A DNA stretch of 62,891 nt, filler included, from Rhabdomonas costata (taxonomy: Eukaryota), in assembly GCA_019059605.1 (NCBI GenBank). It is 52 parts of 52 records of this genome, joined end to end, with 100 filler letters (N's around TTAATTAATTAA, not from the genome) between each part and the next. Parts side by side here need not be neighbours in the genome. Positions count along the whole stretch, not along the records: positions 10,909 to 12,013 come from JAHMHO010028015.1; positions 12,114 to 13,224 come from JAHMHO010028016.1; positions 13,325 to 14,436 come from JAHMHO010028017.1; positions 14,537 to 15,647 come from JAHMHO010028018.1; positions 15,748 to 16,858 come from JAHMHO010028019.1; positions 16,959 to 18,070 come from JAHMHO010028020.1; positions 18,171 to 19,282 come from JAHMHO010028021.1; positions 19,383 to 20,494 come from JAHMHO010028022.1; 44 more parts are not named here. One strand, given 5' to 3'. Of the stretch, positions 11,585-24,401 are shown piece by piece. The notes under the pieces are model-generated. The model saw only the letters and a list, made by a program, of their open reading frames with translations, did not search any database and had not been told where the DNA came from. Within the stretch, counting starts at the first letter, position 1. Every line of letters starts with the position of its first letter. Position numbers and translations under genes: made by a program.

Positions 11585-13385
11585 GTTTGACCCCGCATCG
11601 ATTTTTTTTTTGGCGCACTTGTGTGTTTGCAGGTTTTGCCTAGCAAGCGGAACCGGAGCGATTTTTGCGGAGAAGTCGGAGCGGTACTGAACGCCACAGT
11701 GGTAGTTGCAAATGCTTCCCTGCGCTTGGCTTCCGATATTGATGCTGACAGCCAGGTCACCATGTTGGACCTCAAAAGGGAGTCTGTCAGCACTTGGAAG
11801 CTCCCGAAGTAGCAATGCTCTTTATCGTCATCAAATCCAAGTTAAATCGAACCAACTGCATCAGTTTCAACTATGATTGCAAGAGCATTGTTGGGAGGGA
11901 AGTCTTGGCCTTCCCCGGTCGCTTTGCCTCTCCCAGTTATTGGGACCTTTCGGACCCTTTTTTTTCGCTCCTAGACGAGACCAATCCCCCCCCCCCCGTT
12001 GGCAAAAAAAAAGNNNNNNNNNNNNNNNNNNNNNNNNNNNNNNNNNNNNNNNNNNNNTTAATTAATTAANNNNNNNNNNNNNNNNNNNNNNNNNNNNNNN
12101 NNNNNNNNNNNNNGTGTTGGGGTTTGAAAGGAATACGACACTCCTGGGGTTTCTTCTGCGGACGCCGCTTCCTTCTGTCCCAATTTTGGCTTTTTCTTTC
12201 AGTATCTGGGGAAGTATGGCGGCACTCTTGCGCTTATTTGTGTGCTCCCTTCCAAAAGAACACGTAATTACGTAAGGACGTAATAAGACCACAGCGGTGG
12301 CTGTCGCTCTCATCACCTCATCTCATCTGGCTTGGCAGAAGAGCAGTCGAGGCCTCTGCTTATTGAGCAAAGAAGAGCCTCCGCTAGGGAAGGAAGATAG
12401 GATTCGGCTGAACCGGTTTTTCTGTGGGGTATGCATGCAGAGAACCTGGCAGCGGGGGTGGGCCTCCAGCACCGCGTGCCGCTTCTGCTGCGCCCTCCTC
12501 TGTGAGCTCTCGGAGCAGCTTCTCCGGTCCCTCCGGCCCGGCCTGCCCGCTGGTCCCTGTGCACACATCACGGGTTTGTGTGGGGGAACGGACTTGGTGA
12601 GTGAGGGAGAGTTCCGGGAAGAAAGAGAAACATAACCATCGCGGTGATCGGGTTTCAGTGCAAAATGTGCAAAGGGGTCGCTTTTGCCGTTCTCTCAAAC
12701 TTCCTCACAAACTTCGGTAGAACCATTTTGAGCTTTACTGTACGTGATGTGGGGTGGAGAGGGTGCAGGGAGTGGCAATGATTCCGTGAGAGTTGTTCAA
12801 CTTCTGGGGGTTGCTGGGGTTCTCTGCTCTTCTTTACCAAGGGAAACGCCACGCTCTTTTTTTTTGTGTCTTCTTTATTTCCGGCCTTTCTCACGGAGTG
12901 TGTGATGACCAGGCTCCGCGCTTCTGCGCACTGTTTCTCTCCGTGTCTGGGAGTGGGGTTTGTGCATCTGCCGCAGCCGGGGACATCCCACACAAACTCC
13001 AAGCTGGCCTCTTTGCTGGACTGGTGCCCCAACAGCACCCCTGCAGCCGCCGCACCTCCCGCGCCAGTGCCCGGTCCTGCGGGCCGGAGAGGTTGCCTTC
13101 TCCCTCTTTGCTGACGGCTCCTTTCTTCCCCCGAAATGTCTTATCCCGAAGAGTGGCGGAGTGTGGCCGTTTGCTTTTTTTTGTCGCCCCGAGCTATTCT
13201 TGGGTTGGGGTCACAAAAAAAAACNNNNNNNNNNNNNNNNNNNNNNNNNNNNNNNNNNNNNNNNNNNNTTAATTAATTAANNNNNNNNNNNNNNNNNNNN
13301 NNNNNNNNNNNNNNNNNNNNNNNNGTGGGGGTTGTGGGAGCGTGGCGCCAAGGGTCTGAGGTGGGAGAAGGAGGAGGGGGAGGAC

Positions 13386-13523
13386 AGAGACGAGTTGGCG
13401 CGGATCATTTGGGCGATGTCCAGACCACCCTTGTCACCGATCTTGTTGTTGGAAATGTCCAGCTCGATCACCCCAGCCTTCTCCCGCCGCAGCGCCGCGC
13501 AGATCGCGGCGACCCCAACATTG
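13386..13523 (-). CDS. RNI-like leucine-rich-repeat protein exon
   Basis: NVGVAAICAALRREKAGVIELDISNNKIGDKGGLDIAQMIRANSSL: LxLxxNxIGDxG repeat. AG acceptor. Confidence 0.85.
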
Positions 13524-14953
13524 CTGCGGGTGTTGCACGTGCGTGGGTGAGAGGGAGAGCAAACTCTCTGAACGGCACGGACGGGACCACGACAACATTG
13601 GGGACCCTCACTTAATTTCGTGATAAGCTGGGTTGGATTGGAATGCTGCCCGGCAAGGATGGTGGGGGCGGGGCTCATGCCCGATGTTGTTGTCCGCGAG
13701 GACAAGCCTCTGCAGAGTGGTGTTCAGCTGCAGGGCGTCCCCAAGGTGCTTGCCCGCCTCCGGGGCTAGGTCGTCCTTCGCTGAGAGAAAAACACAGGAG
13801 AGATAGTGGGAGAGCTAACCGAGGCAGTTCGATACGCTCATTTTTTTTGGCCGACACGCAACCGGACAGCGGGGGCGATTTCAATCACAAAGGCGGTGAT
13901 GGTTCCCAACCGTAGAATGAGAGTCGAATGAAACTTCCACAACAAGCAAGCAGACATCCAAAGAGACCCTTCCGCAGCGCGTCTACACGGGGACAGGGAG
14001 GAGGGCACTCACAGTACCCAAGCTAAGGTGAGTCAAGCTGCGGTTCTCTCGCAGAGCCGCGGCGAAGTCCGCCATGGCGTCCACGCTCACTTCGTTCCCT
14101 GTGTGGACGAAAAACCGCGTATACATTCATGTAAGCAGGCAAAGGAATTCTAATCTTCATCCGACGTCGCAACAAAAAAAAACAGCGCTGTATCGCATCC
14201 GAACATTCGCAGGGATCACGACACGCGCGGCATTTCCAGAACGGTTCCTTGCACCAGCCCTTAGCAAGTCGAAGGAGGATGTCAAGCTTTAAAACACCAC
14301 GGTAAACGATATAAACGACGTTAAGCACGGGGCCGCACATGACACCGGACACCGCATTACACCATCTCTCATGCCCCCCCACCACCACCACCAAAAAAAG
14401 TGCACCGAGCCAGTCTGCACACGAAGATGTCCCGCTNNNNNNNNNNNNNNNNNNNNNNNNNNNNNNNNNNNNNNNNNNNNTTAATTAATTAANNNNNNNN
14501 NNNNNNNNNNNNNNNNNNNNNNNNNNNNNNNNNNNNCGACTGCTCTGGAAATAGAGAGAGATTTCAGTATCGCTTGTGTTTATTAGCACTGTGAAGTTAT
14601 TGCAGGCAGGGTGAAGATACTAATTGAAACTACCATATTTCATAGTGGATGTGTCGACCACAGCTAGGTGGGGTAATTTGCTGATACAAATGAAAGTTTG
14701 CTTGCGTTTATGTCCATATTTGTCGTATGACATCCTATTTTGTGTTCCGCAGTTTTCTTCTCATCTACGGCCGTTTCGGCTTGCTTTCGTCTTTGCCGGT
14801 ATGATCAATGCATTCTGCCTATACACCAAAAGAAAGCACCCAAAGCTCCACAAAGTACAAGAGAAATCAACTCTATAAATAGAACTTCGCGCCTAGTTGT
14901 TTGTATCACTCCCATTTTCGTAGTCAAATTTCCCCCACAAGTGAGGGCATCCA

Positions 14954-15143
14954 AACATGCCGTCATAATGGCAGCACACCTGCTCTGCCAGACGCACAAA
15001 TTCGTTGCATTTGGCCTGACTTTCTGCAAAAGGGCGGGCCTTTGACCGCATGGCATTGAAAATCGCGTATAGCGTTGAAAGCCCTTCAGAGGTGTAGCTC
15101 ATCCTCTTCTCCAGAGCCTCCATAGGGCTTATCTCGTTGTCAT
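14954..15143 (-). CDS. Hypothetical protein exon (further candidate exons to about 15560)
   Basis: AG/GT-bounded: DNEISPMEALEKRMSYTSEGLSTLYAIFNAMRSKARPFAESQAKCNEFVRLAEQ. Confidence 0.4.
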
Positions 15144-15747
15144 CTGTAAAAAAACGCACACACTACGATCAGGTGAGGAAGAGTGGCCAACTGCAACCAA
15201 AAAGAACGAGAACAAGGGGACCTGAAAACCACTTCTCCGCCTGTGCGCTGGAGCACAACACACTCAGCGGTGACGACGGCACCTCCACAGCGCCACGAAG
15301 AGGAAACTCTCCAGCCGCCGCACGAAGAGACCGCTTCTCGCGCGAAAAAGCGCGCGCATCTGCATGATGAGAAACGTCATCCCGCCATGATTCCACCATG
15401 TGCTCTTGCCCTCAAAAAGAAAGAGTGACCCAAATGCAGAACCGATGCTGATTCGTTTACTCTTTCTCTGGGTGAGATCAACATCCCACTCGTGGCGGAA
15501 CTCCGCGCGAACACCGTGCGGAAGTGGCGCAGGCTCACGCCGGGACGGATGGATCTCATCCTGAAACAATCCAGGGGCAAGATGAAAGATGAAAGCAAGA
15601 ATGCAAGGCCAAAGTCCCACAAAATTCAGCGCAGCCCCCACACAACANNNNNNNNNNNNNNNNNNNNNNNNNNNNNNNNNNNNNNNNNNNNTTAATTAAT
15701 TAANNNNNNNNNNNNNNNNNNNNNNNNNNNNNNNNNNNNNNNNNNNN

Positions 15748-16036
15748 TGTGTGTGGGACAGCGGGAGCCCAGCTGACCGCCGCGCCACTGCCTTGCTGAC
15801 AAAGCTGTTGTAGCTGCCGCTGCGTTTGCGAGTGATGGCCACGTTGAGCCCACCGCCCTCGTGGCGTGGGGGCCGGTCTCGGTGGTACGAGGAGGACGAG
15901 GAAAGGGGGTGGTGTTCCACCTCCGCCAGGATGTCCACCACGACGTCCTCGTCGCCCAGGACGTCGATCAGCTTCTGTGCTGCTGCCATTAGGGCGACGC
16001 CAGAGGCCAGACCCCCGAAAATAGCGACGTGGCTGC
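15748..16036 (-). CDS. Membrane protein exon (TM helix plus acidic/His loop; ZIP-transporter-like possible)
   Basis: GSHVAIFGGLASGVALMAAAQKLIDVLGDEDVVVDILAEVEHHP; GC-rich codon usage after an AG acceptor. Confidence 0.4.
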
Positions 16037-17604
16037 CTTGGGTTTGCGAAACCACGGAAACAGGTGGGAGGATGGGGTAGCGATGGACTACGGTTGTTGA
16101 GCTGCCGTTTTACAACATCGATGATACAAACCAACGGAAAGCCTGGTGTCAATCTGGTCATCTTCCAGCACAAACAACAGCACAGAAGCGACAATAGGAC
16201 ACCAACAGAGCGCTGGCGAAACGATTCACTGTCTGAGTCGGGGGAATTTGGAGAGGGTGGAGACATGCGTTCGATGTGCAAGGCGTTGCGTAAAGCACAA
16301 TCCGCCAAATGAAAACACATTGCCCACAGTTAAGCGGCGAATCTCCTGCCTTTCTCAACTGCGACGCACTGAGCTAAAAGGGTCTTTGGCTGAAAGAATA
16401 TTTTGGTTACTCCCGAGTCATTGCTGCATCGTTATGTATCAGGCATGCCATGAAATGGAGCCTCATTCGCACCCATTCTTCCACCACGTTGCACTCCTCT
16501 ACTCAGACCCTGGAAGTGTATGAGGGCAGCGTGCTCATAATGCAAACAAGTACCGCACCAACAAAACGCAAGGGAAGAAAAAAGTGCGGAGAGCTAGCCA
16601 AGGGATATACCGACCTGCGCTGTGGAACTCTCTCATGACAGGGAAGACAGCGGACGCAATAGTGGCGTAGAAGTTGCCCGCCGCAAACAGCTGCATCGAG
16701 GCTGCAAAAAGCGATCCCAAGGAAACACAAAATTGATTGTTACTGATCCCGCGAGAACAGTCAGCGGTTCAGGCTCACTGAGATTGCGATGGCGGGAAAA
16801 AAACATCTAAGTTAAGCGGAAAAATACCGAAGGACATCAAGGGGGGGCAATAAATGCANNNNNNNNNNNNNNNNNNNNNNNNNNNNNNNNNNNNNNNNNN
16901 NNTTAATTAATTAANNNNNNNNNNNNNNNNNNNNNNNNNNNNNNNNNNNNNNNNNNNNGTTTTGTTGGGCAGGACGTCTTCATCAACCAGCGGAAGCACC
17001 ATATGAACCATCTGGAACCCTCTGGCCCCCGGCACCGAAGGCCGTTTGTCCTTACAGGATCAAGAGGCAGATCACAAAGAACACCTTTGGATTTAAATCC
17101 AAGCACACAATCGGAAGAAGATAAGGCCATTCTTCCATTCCAGCGAGCTGATTCCATTCAATACAATTGATCTGGACCACGTTGGCTATATTCTCCCGCA
17201 CTAGCAGGCTGATGACACCGCTATTCACTGGAAGAACAACTGGAACTGGAACAAGCACTGACGTTTCCACTGGGAGATTCCAATGCCACCAATAACACAC
17301 CAACAGCAAGCCGTGGATCAGGAATTCCAACCTCACGATGCGCGTGCTGAACTTGATGTGGACCAGAATTTTGAGGAAAGCAACCCACAATGGGACATCA
17401 ATGCCGTTCATGAGGATGACCAATTTGTGGTGTACGCATTTCAGTGTGTCCATCCTTCCAACCTTCTCCACAAGGTGTTGCGTTTAGATCTGGAGGTTGT
17501 TGTGTTTCAGCTCCCACTCTACCCACCGGAAGATGCTTATCCAATTCCAGCGACTGTGCGCCGCTTGCACAGCTGTTTGGTCCACTTCAAGCGATCGGAA
17601 TGAG

Positions 17605-18034
17605 CATGGCCGTTACCAGCTAATAAAGATTTCATGGGAACCGCATCCCAGCTTTGTAATTGAGGAGGATGTGATGCTGTGTCCCACGGTGTTTATGAGA
17701 ATCTGCCTGAACTTTGACACGGTTCCTCATTGGGATCTATTTGCATGCCTAAAACGTCACCAATTGCGCAGGTACTATTCGGATGATCCGGAGAACCTGC
17801 AGTCCGATGACTAAAACGCCTTCAAATCCCACTGTGGGCCGTGTCAAATTATTCTTGCAAATCATCCGTGGTCCTAGTTGGACGAGGTACTTGACAAAAT
17901 CCAAGGTGATTGGAGCAGGGTGCTGTTGTTTGCACCGCACTTTCCGGATGCCTCGTTGTGTAAAAAGCTGAAAATACTGAGTAGAGGTCTTCAATACTGG
18001 AAGCAACCTCTGTACTTGGAAGAAAATGACACGT
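17605..18034 (+). pseudogene. Degenerate retroelement-type DNA N6-adenine methyltransferase (phage Dam-like / DIRS MT domain)
   Basis: One frame reads EDVMLCPTVFMRICLNFDTVPHWDLFACLKRHQLRRYYS...*NAFKSHC...ILANHPWS*LDEVLDKIQGDWSRVLLFAPHFPDASLCKKLKIL...PLY. The DLFA, (D/N)AF, NPPW-like, VLxKI and LLxxP motifs are in the right order and spacing. Stops at 17812 and 17875; no introns. Confidence 0.72.
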
Positions 18035-18066
18035 CGAGGCATCCGGAAAGTGCGGTGCAAACAACA
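17924..18066. repeat. 32-bp perfect inverted repeat ending at the contig end (probable amplification fold-back)
   Basis: 17924-17955 is the reverse complement of 18035-18066. Confidence 0.85.
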
Positions 18067-21000
18067 CCCCNNNNNNNNNNNNNNNNNNNNNNNNNNNNNN
18101 NNNNNNNNNNNNNNTTAATTAATTAANNNNNNNNNNNNNNNNNNNNNNNNNNNNNNNNNNNNNNNNNNNNGGGGGTTTGGGGTTAGCAATAGGACCCAGT
18201 CGCCGTCCCCCGTCCAATCGGCCGGCAGTAGTGGCACCGGCCAATTATCAGGGCGGAGTGACAGAGGGACGGGAGCTGCGGCAGGGGCAGAGCTGGGGCC
18301 TCGCTGAGCCCCACGCTTGGGGCCGTTGCCGTGCTCGGCGTGGATTTCCCGGTTACGGGCTTTCCGGGAGGGGACCCAGCTGCTTCCGTGGGGCACAGCG
18401 GAAGAGGAAGAGGAAGAGCGGTTGGTCCGGGGGTCTAGGAAACCCGGGGTCCGGGATGTAGTGGTCGGGCGCTCTTCCGGCAGGCCTGGAGGAGGCCGGC
18501 AGTTGTTCCCCCCTCTCCACATGGAGGCATAGCGCCACACCCGAGGGGCTGTGAATCGGGTGCTGGGCATTTTTTTGGCTGGCACGTGCGCATCTTTGGT
18601 TTCTTGATGCGTCAGACCCTCCAGGTCCACCAAGAGAGACTCTGGAACTGTTGCGGAGGAGGGGAAACAAACCCGATCCTTGCGGAACCCTGAAAAAAGA
18701 CGTCAGAATCCCTTCTTTAGGAGGAATGCTTGAAAAGTGGCCCGGATGGATTGAGCGGGGCGGATTGGGAGGAAATTCTTTTGCTCCAATTGTTGCATCC
18801 ATTGTGCCTTGCCAGTCCTTCGTTGGACCGAACCCGACTATTGAGTTTGTGTTGTTCTTAACTTTGTCCTGACCGGTTAAAGCCGCAATCCATCTCCTTG
18901 CATAGAAGCTCATGCTCAGCTCGGCGTCTTTCGAGCCACTGCAGCGGTCTTGCACCAAAACCTGTAATGCCGAGGCCACTCCGGCGACAGTAAAGCCTCG
19001 AGAGGGGCAGAGCGTCACAGGCCGGCACTTCAGCTTGCGGGACTTTCACAGAAGTGGCCATGCCAGTGTGTGCGCGTGCGTCCGTGCAGATCTCTTTGGT
19101 GTGCAGAAGCAGGCGTCATAGATGACAGGAGACTGGATCGTCGTCCAGGTTTCTAAATGGGTCTCTTACTAGCAATTGAAAGGTACTTAGCACTCATTGC
19201 AAAGACCAGGAATGAATGAAAAGCTCACCTAAACTGACAATTCACGGAAACGCAACTTCTCCATCTCCTATTCAAAACAAAANNNNNNNNNNNNNNNNNN
19301 NNNNNNNNNNNNNNNNNNNNNNNNNNTTAATTAATTAANNNNNNNNNNNNNNNNNNNNNNNNNNNNNNNNNNNNNNNNNNNNGTTGTGAGTATTAAGAGA
19401 CACACCAGGGTGGATAATGTTGGTGATACAAGGGTCTCAGGGGTGGTCCGATCGCCCGATGCTTCGTTTTTTGTATTGCTGTGGGGGAACCGATATTGAT
19501 AGATTCGATTCGATTTGATTATCACCGTTATTCGCGTTTTGAACAACAATTGCCGGGTTTCAGGTTTTGTTGGAGCTGAAAATAGTGCGGTGAGCTGGGA
19601 GATCCCCTGGTTAGTGAAGACTACTTTCGCTCACCCTCCTGTTCTTTGTCTCTCAGCCGTCGTTCAGCTACAAGACGGAACTGGTGGACTGTCTGTTGGA
19701 GCAAATTACTTCAGAAAGGCTTCTGGTGCGAGTAGACCTGTTTTCACTATTTTTTTTCATATATGGTGAGGTCGCGGCTTATTTTGCCCTTTGCTCTTCT
19801 GTACTTTCGATGCTGGCGCGGAGAAGCTAGTTTTCGCCTTGGGATTCTGTGATTTTGAAGTGATTTTGCGTGTACATCAAGATGCGTGGATTGTTTGCAT
19901 TGAAACTTTTGTGGAATTTAAGTTACAGGTGCTTTCTCCAGCCTTTATTTGGACCTAGGGAAAAAGCAGGGCCGCTGGTGACGCTGGAGGAGCTGCGTTT
20001 GACCGGCCGGTGCGCTTTTCTGCGGAGAAACTGCGGATATTTGAGCAGTTAGGTGCTGTGTATCTTTTTGCTTCTTGCGAATGACGATTCAAACGCATCT
20101 TTTTCTTTCTGTACCTTTTCCGATCCATCCCAATGTTTTAACAGAAAACGTATCTGGTGGACAACCAACCCGACAGTCAGATCTCACGTTGTTAAATCGT
20201 CTTTCAATGATGTATTCATCTTTGACCAACCAAATTCACCCTTTTCACGACTCAGTTTTAAAAACCAACTAGTTCCGGTTTCCGGTTTTCTGGTACTCCT
20301 TGCCCAAGGCCTCTTTTTGATACCAAAGCACAATTTTCCCTCTTTCTTGTTGCACCATGATCTTCCCTTGCTCGTTCTGAAGTCTCAGGAGCCCAAGTCA
20401 AATTTGACCAAAATGCCCCCCTAAAAATGCCCGAAAATAACTAGGATTTGGCAAAGATTAGGCAAGGTTAGGCAAAAGTGTGCTAACAAAAACANNNNNN
20501 NNNNNNNNNNNNNNNNNNNNNNNNNNNNNNNNNNNNNNTTAATTAATTAANNNNNNNNNNNNNNNNNNNNNNNNNNNNNNNNNNNNNNNNNNNNGGGTGG
20601 GGTGTTCCAGCCACTGTGCCTGACCCCTTGTCATACGTGAGGCACACCTTGGAGCCCGTACCTCCTAGTGGAAGAGAGACAAGTGCCCAGGAACCGCCGC
20701 TGGAACCCGCCGTGCACCAACCATACGCGCCTTTGATTTCTGAGAGTGGCACCAAGATGGATGGTGGGGCTGGAGCCGAGCGTTCAGATCTTCTCGGAGC
20801 ACATGGCCCTGCAGCTGCCGACTTGCTACTGCCCCGTGAATTGTGCGGGTCGCTTGTCCCGGGCCAGTGAGAAATCAGTTCGTCACCCCAAAACCTCAAT
20901 CCTCAAAACCTCTGGTCTGAGCGCGGGTGGTTGGTGCCAAGGACGTGAAGCACCGCAACATGAACCGTGTGATTTTGGTGGGCGGCAGGCGACGTTGAGC

Positions 21001-21144
21001 CATTTGCCTGGGCCCCCTTTTGCGGGATGGGTTTTTGTACATACGTTGTGGGTGCTGTTGACAAACCCTCCGCTGCGGAAAGAAGTGGCACAAGATAAAA
21101 ACTGAAGAGCCTCCAAGGGGCGTATGGGTACCGGTCAGAGGGTG

Positions 21145-21213
21145 CAAGGACCAGCCACACAGCGTTTCGGGAGGCCCACTGTACATAGAAAAGACTCGGG
21201 CCTGCTTCGGCTT
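21145..21213. repeat. Dispersed repeat copy, homologous to 3909-3969
   Basis: Direct alignment by eye, with a short indel. Confidence 0.75.
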
Positions 21214-23039
21214 TGCCTCTTCCCATTCCGAGTTGGAAATATGAAAGTAGCTGGCAGGCGCAGAAAAACAACGGCACAGCCGACGCTATTTTTTTACCAC
21301 TTCGATGGCAATGTCGCGGTCATTCCTCCAGCGTGTGTGCATTCCGGACCTATGTTGGATTCCGGACCCATATATTTAATGGCACTGTGTTGCCATCCAA
21401 ACCGCCCCCCTCCCCTTTGCTTTGGTCGGTCTGCTGCTCTCCAGTCTCCAGGGATACCTGCCTGGAGACGTGACACCGAAGACACCACCGTGGGTATGTT
21501 TCTCACTTCGAGTTTCTGCATTGTGTTACTGTGTATCGTGTATCGTGTTTATCGTTATTTGTGGGCGTGGGGGCCGACTTTTGGTCACTTTGACGATACA
21601 CGAAACACGAAGTTCAGTAAAGATCAAGATATCCCATCAGCTTCTTTCCATCTCAAGGCAACCCGGTCGCACAAGCCTCGCAGTTACCCGTGGCTTCCCC
21701 CCACCCNNNNNNNNNNNNNNNNNNNNNNNNNNNNNNNNNNNNNNNNNNNNTTAATTAATTAANNNNNNNNNNNNNNNNNNNNNNNNNNNNNNNNNNNNNN
21801 NNNNNNGTGGGTGTTGAGTCTACCTTCATTCGGTCCGCATACCTGATGTGACGGAAATGGAGCGGTCGCAGCTGATGGAAAGAGCTCAAGCGCAAATCAG
21901 AACATAAACAATAGTGCAACACACACGACAGTTACAGGGAGGGACTCACCGAGAAGACTTCCAGGATGATGCCCCATCCCGACAGTCTCTTCGGGTATCT
22001 CACCCAATGAATCGCCACGTAATAAAACCCCTCAAGACGGGGGTTCTGCAGTTGTGTCATGTCCTCCCCAAGGGATGACTACAGCGCCGTCTTCACCTGC
22101 CCAACCAGAGAGCCCCGGAACGTAAAAATGAGGTAAACATTGGTCCCTATCAGCTCTTGACTCTGGACGACAAAGTTGACAAAAGAAAAGTTGACAAAGA
22201 CGACAAAGCGAGTAAGAGAGAGGGAGGATAGCACATCTGTTGCGGGAAAAGGTGTTGATGATGGCAAGAGAGTTGGTATCGCTGCGGAGATTCTCCCCTC
22301 AAACTTGTTCGAACTCCTTCAGAATTTTTTCGATGATGAAAATTTGGGAATCAATCTATGACGTGAATCTGAGTCTGAGTCGTGGCTTGTATTTGGGAGC
22401 GGAGGAGTGGCTTCTAGGGCGACGCGAGAAGCGGGCGGTGTTGCGAAGCACAAATACGTTCCACACTCCCACACTCGCCGGCCAATCGCTGACCTGACAC
22501 CACTGACAACGCTGATTGACTTCATGCCACAACACACAGGAGAAGCAAGGAGAGACCGGTAGGCCCGTGGAGCGGAAGGCTTCCTTGGCCAGCTTCCGGT
22601 CCAAGTCGGGGTTGTCCCTGAAGCACAACAAAAACCTCTCCCAACAAGGGGAACAATGGTGAACAACTGGACCCCCCCCCGCCCTCATGCTCGTTTCAGT
22701 GAAAACGCGGTCTAATCATTGACCGAGGCATCAATTTATATTATCAGACTCAATCAATCAATCAATTTAATTTGTTAGACTCAATGCGTATTTTTTGACC
22801 ACCTCACGTGTTTCAGCTGCCTGCAAAATGTGCTTCCGCACCTCGTGCGGCTACGAGGGAGGTCATGCGAGCTTGTGTTGCGTTGCGTGTCTGCACATTA
22901 AAGGCGTCACCCCCACCCNNNNNNNNNNNNNNNNNNNNNNNNNNNNNNNNNNNNNNNNNNNNTTAATTAATTAANNNNNNNNNNNNNNNNNNNNNNNNNN
23001 NNNNNNNNNNNNNNNNNNTGTGGGTGTGTTTGGGTGGTG

Positions 23040-23420
23040 TTTGCGAACGGGGACTTCTCCGCCCTGAACAACGAGCCCGATCTGCTGGAGCTCCCTAGCG
23101 TGGAGAAGAAGAACACGCCGAAATTTGTGGACCTGAAGGACTCCGGCCCGGCGGATAACAGCGAGGCCAAAAGTGCCCACGAACTTCCTCCTGTCGCTGC
23201 TGAGGCTGCCCAACCGCCTTCCCAGCCGTCTGCCGAACTGCCTACCCAACGGCCTACCCAACCTCCTGCAGAATTGCCTGCACAACCTCCTTCCCAACTA
23301 CCTTCCCAACCGCCTTCCCAACCGCCTTCCCAGCCGCCTTCCCAGCCGCCTGCCCGACTGCCTGCTCGACTTTCCCGGCCGCTTGCGGCCAACTGTTGCA
23401 GCGCCTGCTGCATCTGCTAA
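23040..23420 (+). CDS. Hypothetical protein with a 12-nt minisatellite encoding QPPS/QLPS repeats (about 23210-23380)
   Basis: Tandem ca(a/g)ccgccttcc-like units in an open GC-rich frame. Confidence 0.55.
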   Translation, partial: FANGDFSALNNEPDLLELPSVEKKNTPKFVDLKDSGPADNSEAKSAHELPPVAAEAAQPPSQPSAELPTQRPTQPPAELPAQPPSQLPSQPPSQPPSQPPSQPPARLPARLSRPLAANCCSACCIC

Positions 23421-24244
23421 CCTTCCTGTCACAATGCGTCACACTGCGACACTGTCTAGCTGTATGTGTGCTTTCCGCGGACACGGAGGCTTTTTTCTTG
23501 GGTCGCATTTGTGATTTTATCCCCTTCTTTTTTGTTGCACTTGAACCTTGTGCTTCGAGAATTGACGCACATGCACACGCACACGCACACACACAGGCAA
23601 ACGCAAACGCCTTTCAGCCTGATTTGCGATGGGGTTGTTCGCTCGGTTGAGGAGTATGGGGGCGGAGGAATACTTCCCTTCTCACGCTTGGCTATGCTTG
23701 CAATTCCGGTGAGTGTGGGCCAACTTCCAACCTTTGGGATAACTGGAAATGGTGACTTTGTCTGTTTTGGTGTGAGCAATTTGCTGCCTTGACTCAATGA
23801 TAGCCGCAGAAAAGGTGGGTGGCGGGGATCAGAACATTATTATTATCTCTCGCTCCAAAGCGTTCCTCCAAAAGGAGTCTTTGTAAGCACCGTCTGCTCC
23901 ATAGTCACCCCAAAATATCCCTAAGCGAGGCTAACCTCTGGGCGAGGACTGAGGGGCAGAGCATCCGCCCACCCAGCTGAGCCGAAAGTCATTGCGAAGT
24001 CGTTGGAGGTTGGAGGGGCTGTGCGCTTTTTAACCTAAAATAAAATAAAATAAAATAAGGTCACCCCTTTCCCGTATATCCTTTCTTGGTAGTCTCAACC
24101 CCCACCCCCACTCCCACCAGAAAAAAACACNNNNNNNNNNNNNNNNNNNNNNNNNNNNNNNNNNNNNNNNNNNNTTAATTAATTAANNNNNNNNNNNNNN
24201 NNNNNNNNNNNNNNNNNNNNNNNNNNNNNNCCAACTCTCAATTT

Positions 24245-24361
24245 CAGCTCGCCATCCGCAACGACGAGGAGCTGAACAAGCTGCTCAGCGGGGTTACCAT
24301 CGCCTCCGGAGGGGTCCTCCCCAATATCCAGCAAGTCCTTCTGAAGAAGAAGGGAAAGTAA
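24245..24361 (+). CDS. H2A: Histone H2A, C-terminal part
   Basis: [38 protein letters not shown]: canonical H2A docking domain. Confidence 0.97.
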   Translation, partial: QLAIRNDEELNKLLSGVTIASGGVLPNIQQVLLKKKGK

Positions 24362-24373
24362 GCCGTTCAACTA

Positions 24374-24399
24374 CCAACGGTGTTTTTCAACACCACTCA
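24374..24399 (+). promoter_or_regulatory. Histone mRNA 3' stem-loop
   Basis: CCAAC-GGTGTT-TTTC-AACACC-ACTCA: 6-bp stem, 4-nt UUUC loop and canonical flanks. The stem starts 17 nt after the H2A stop. Confidence 0.9.
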
Positions 24400-24401
24400 C
24401 C

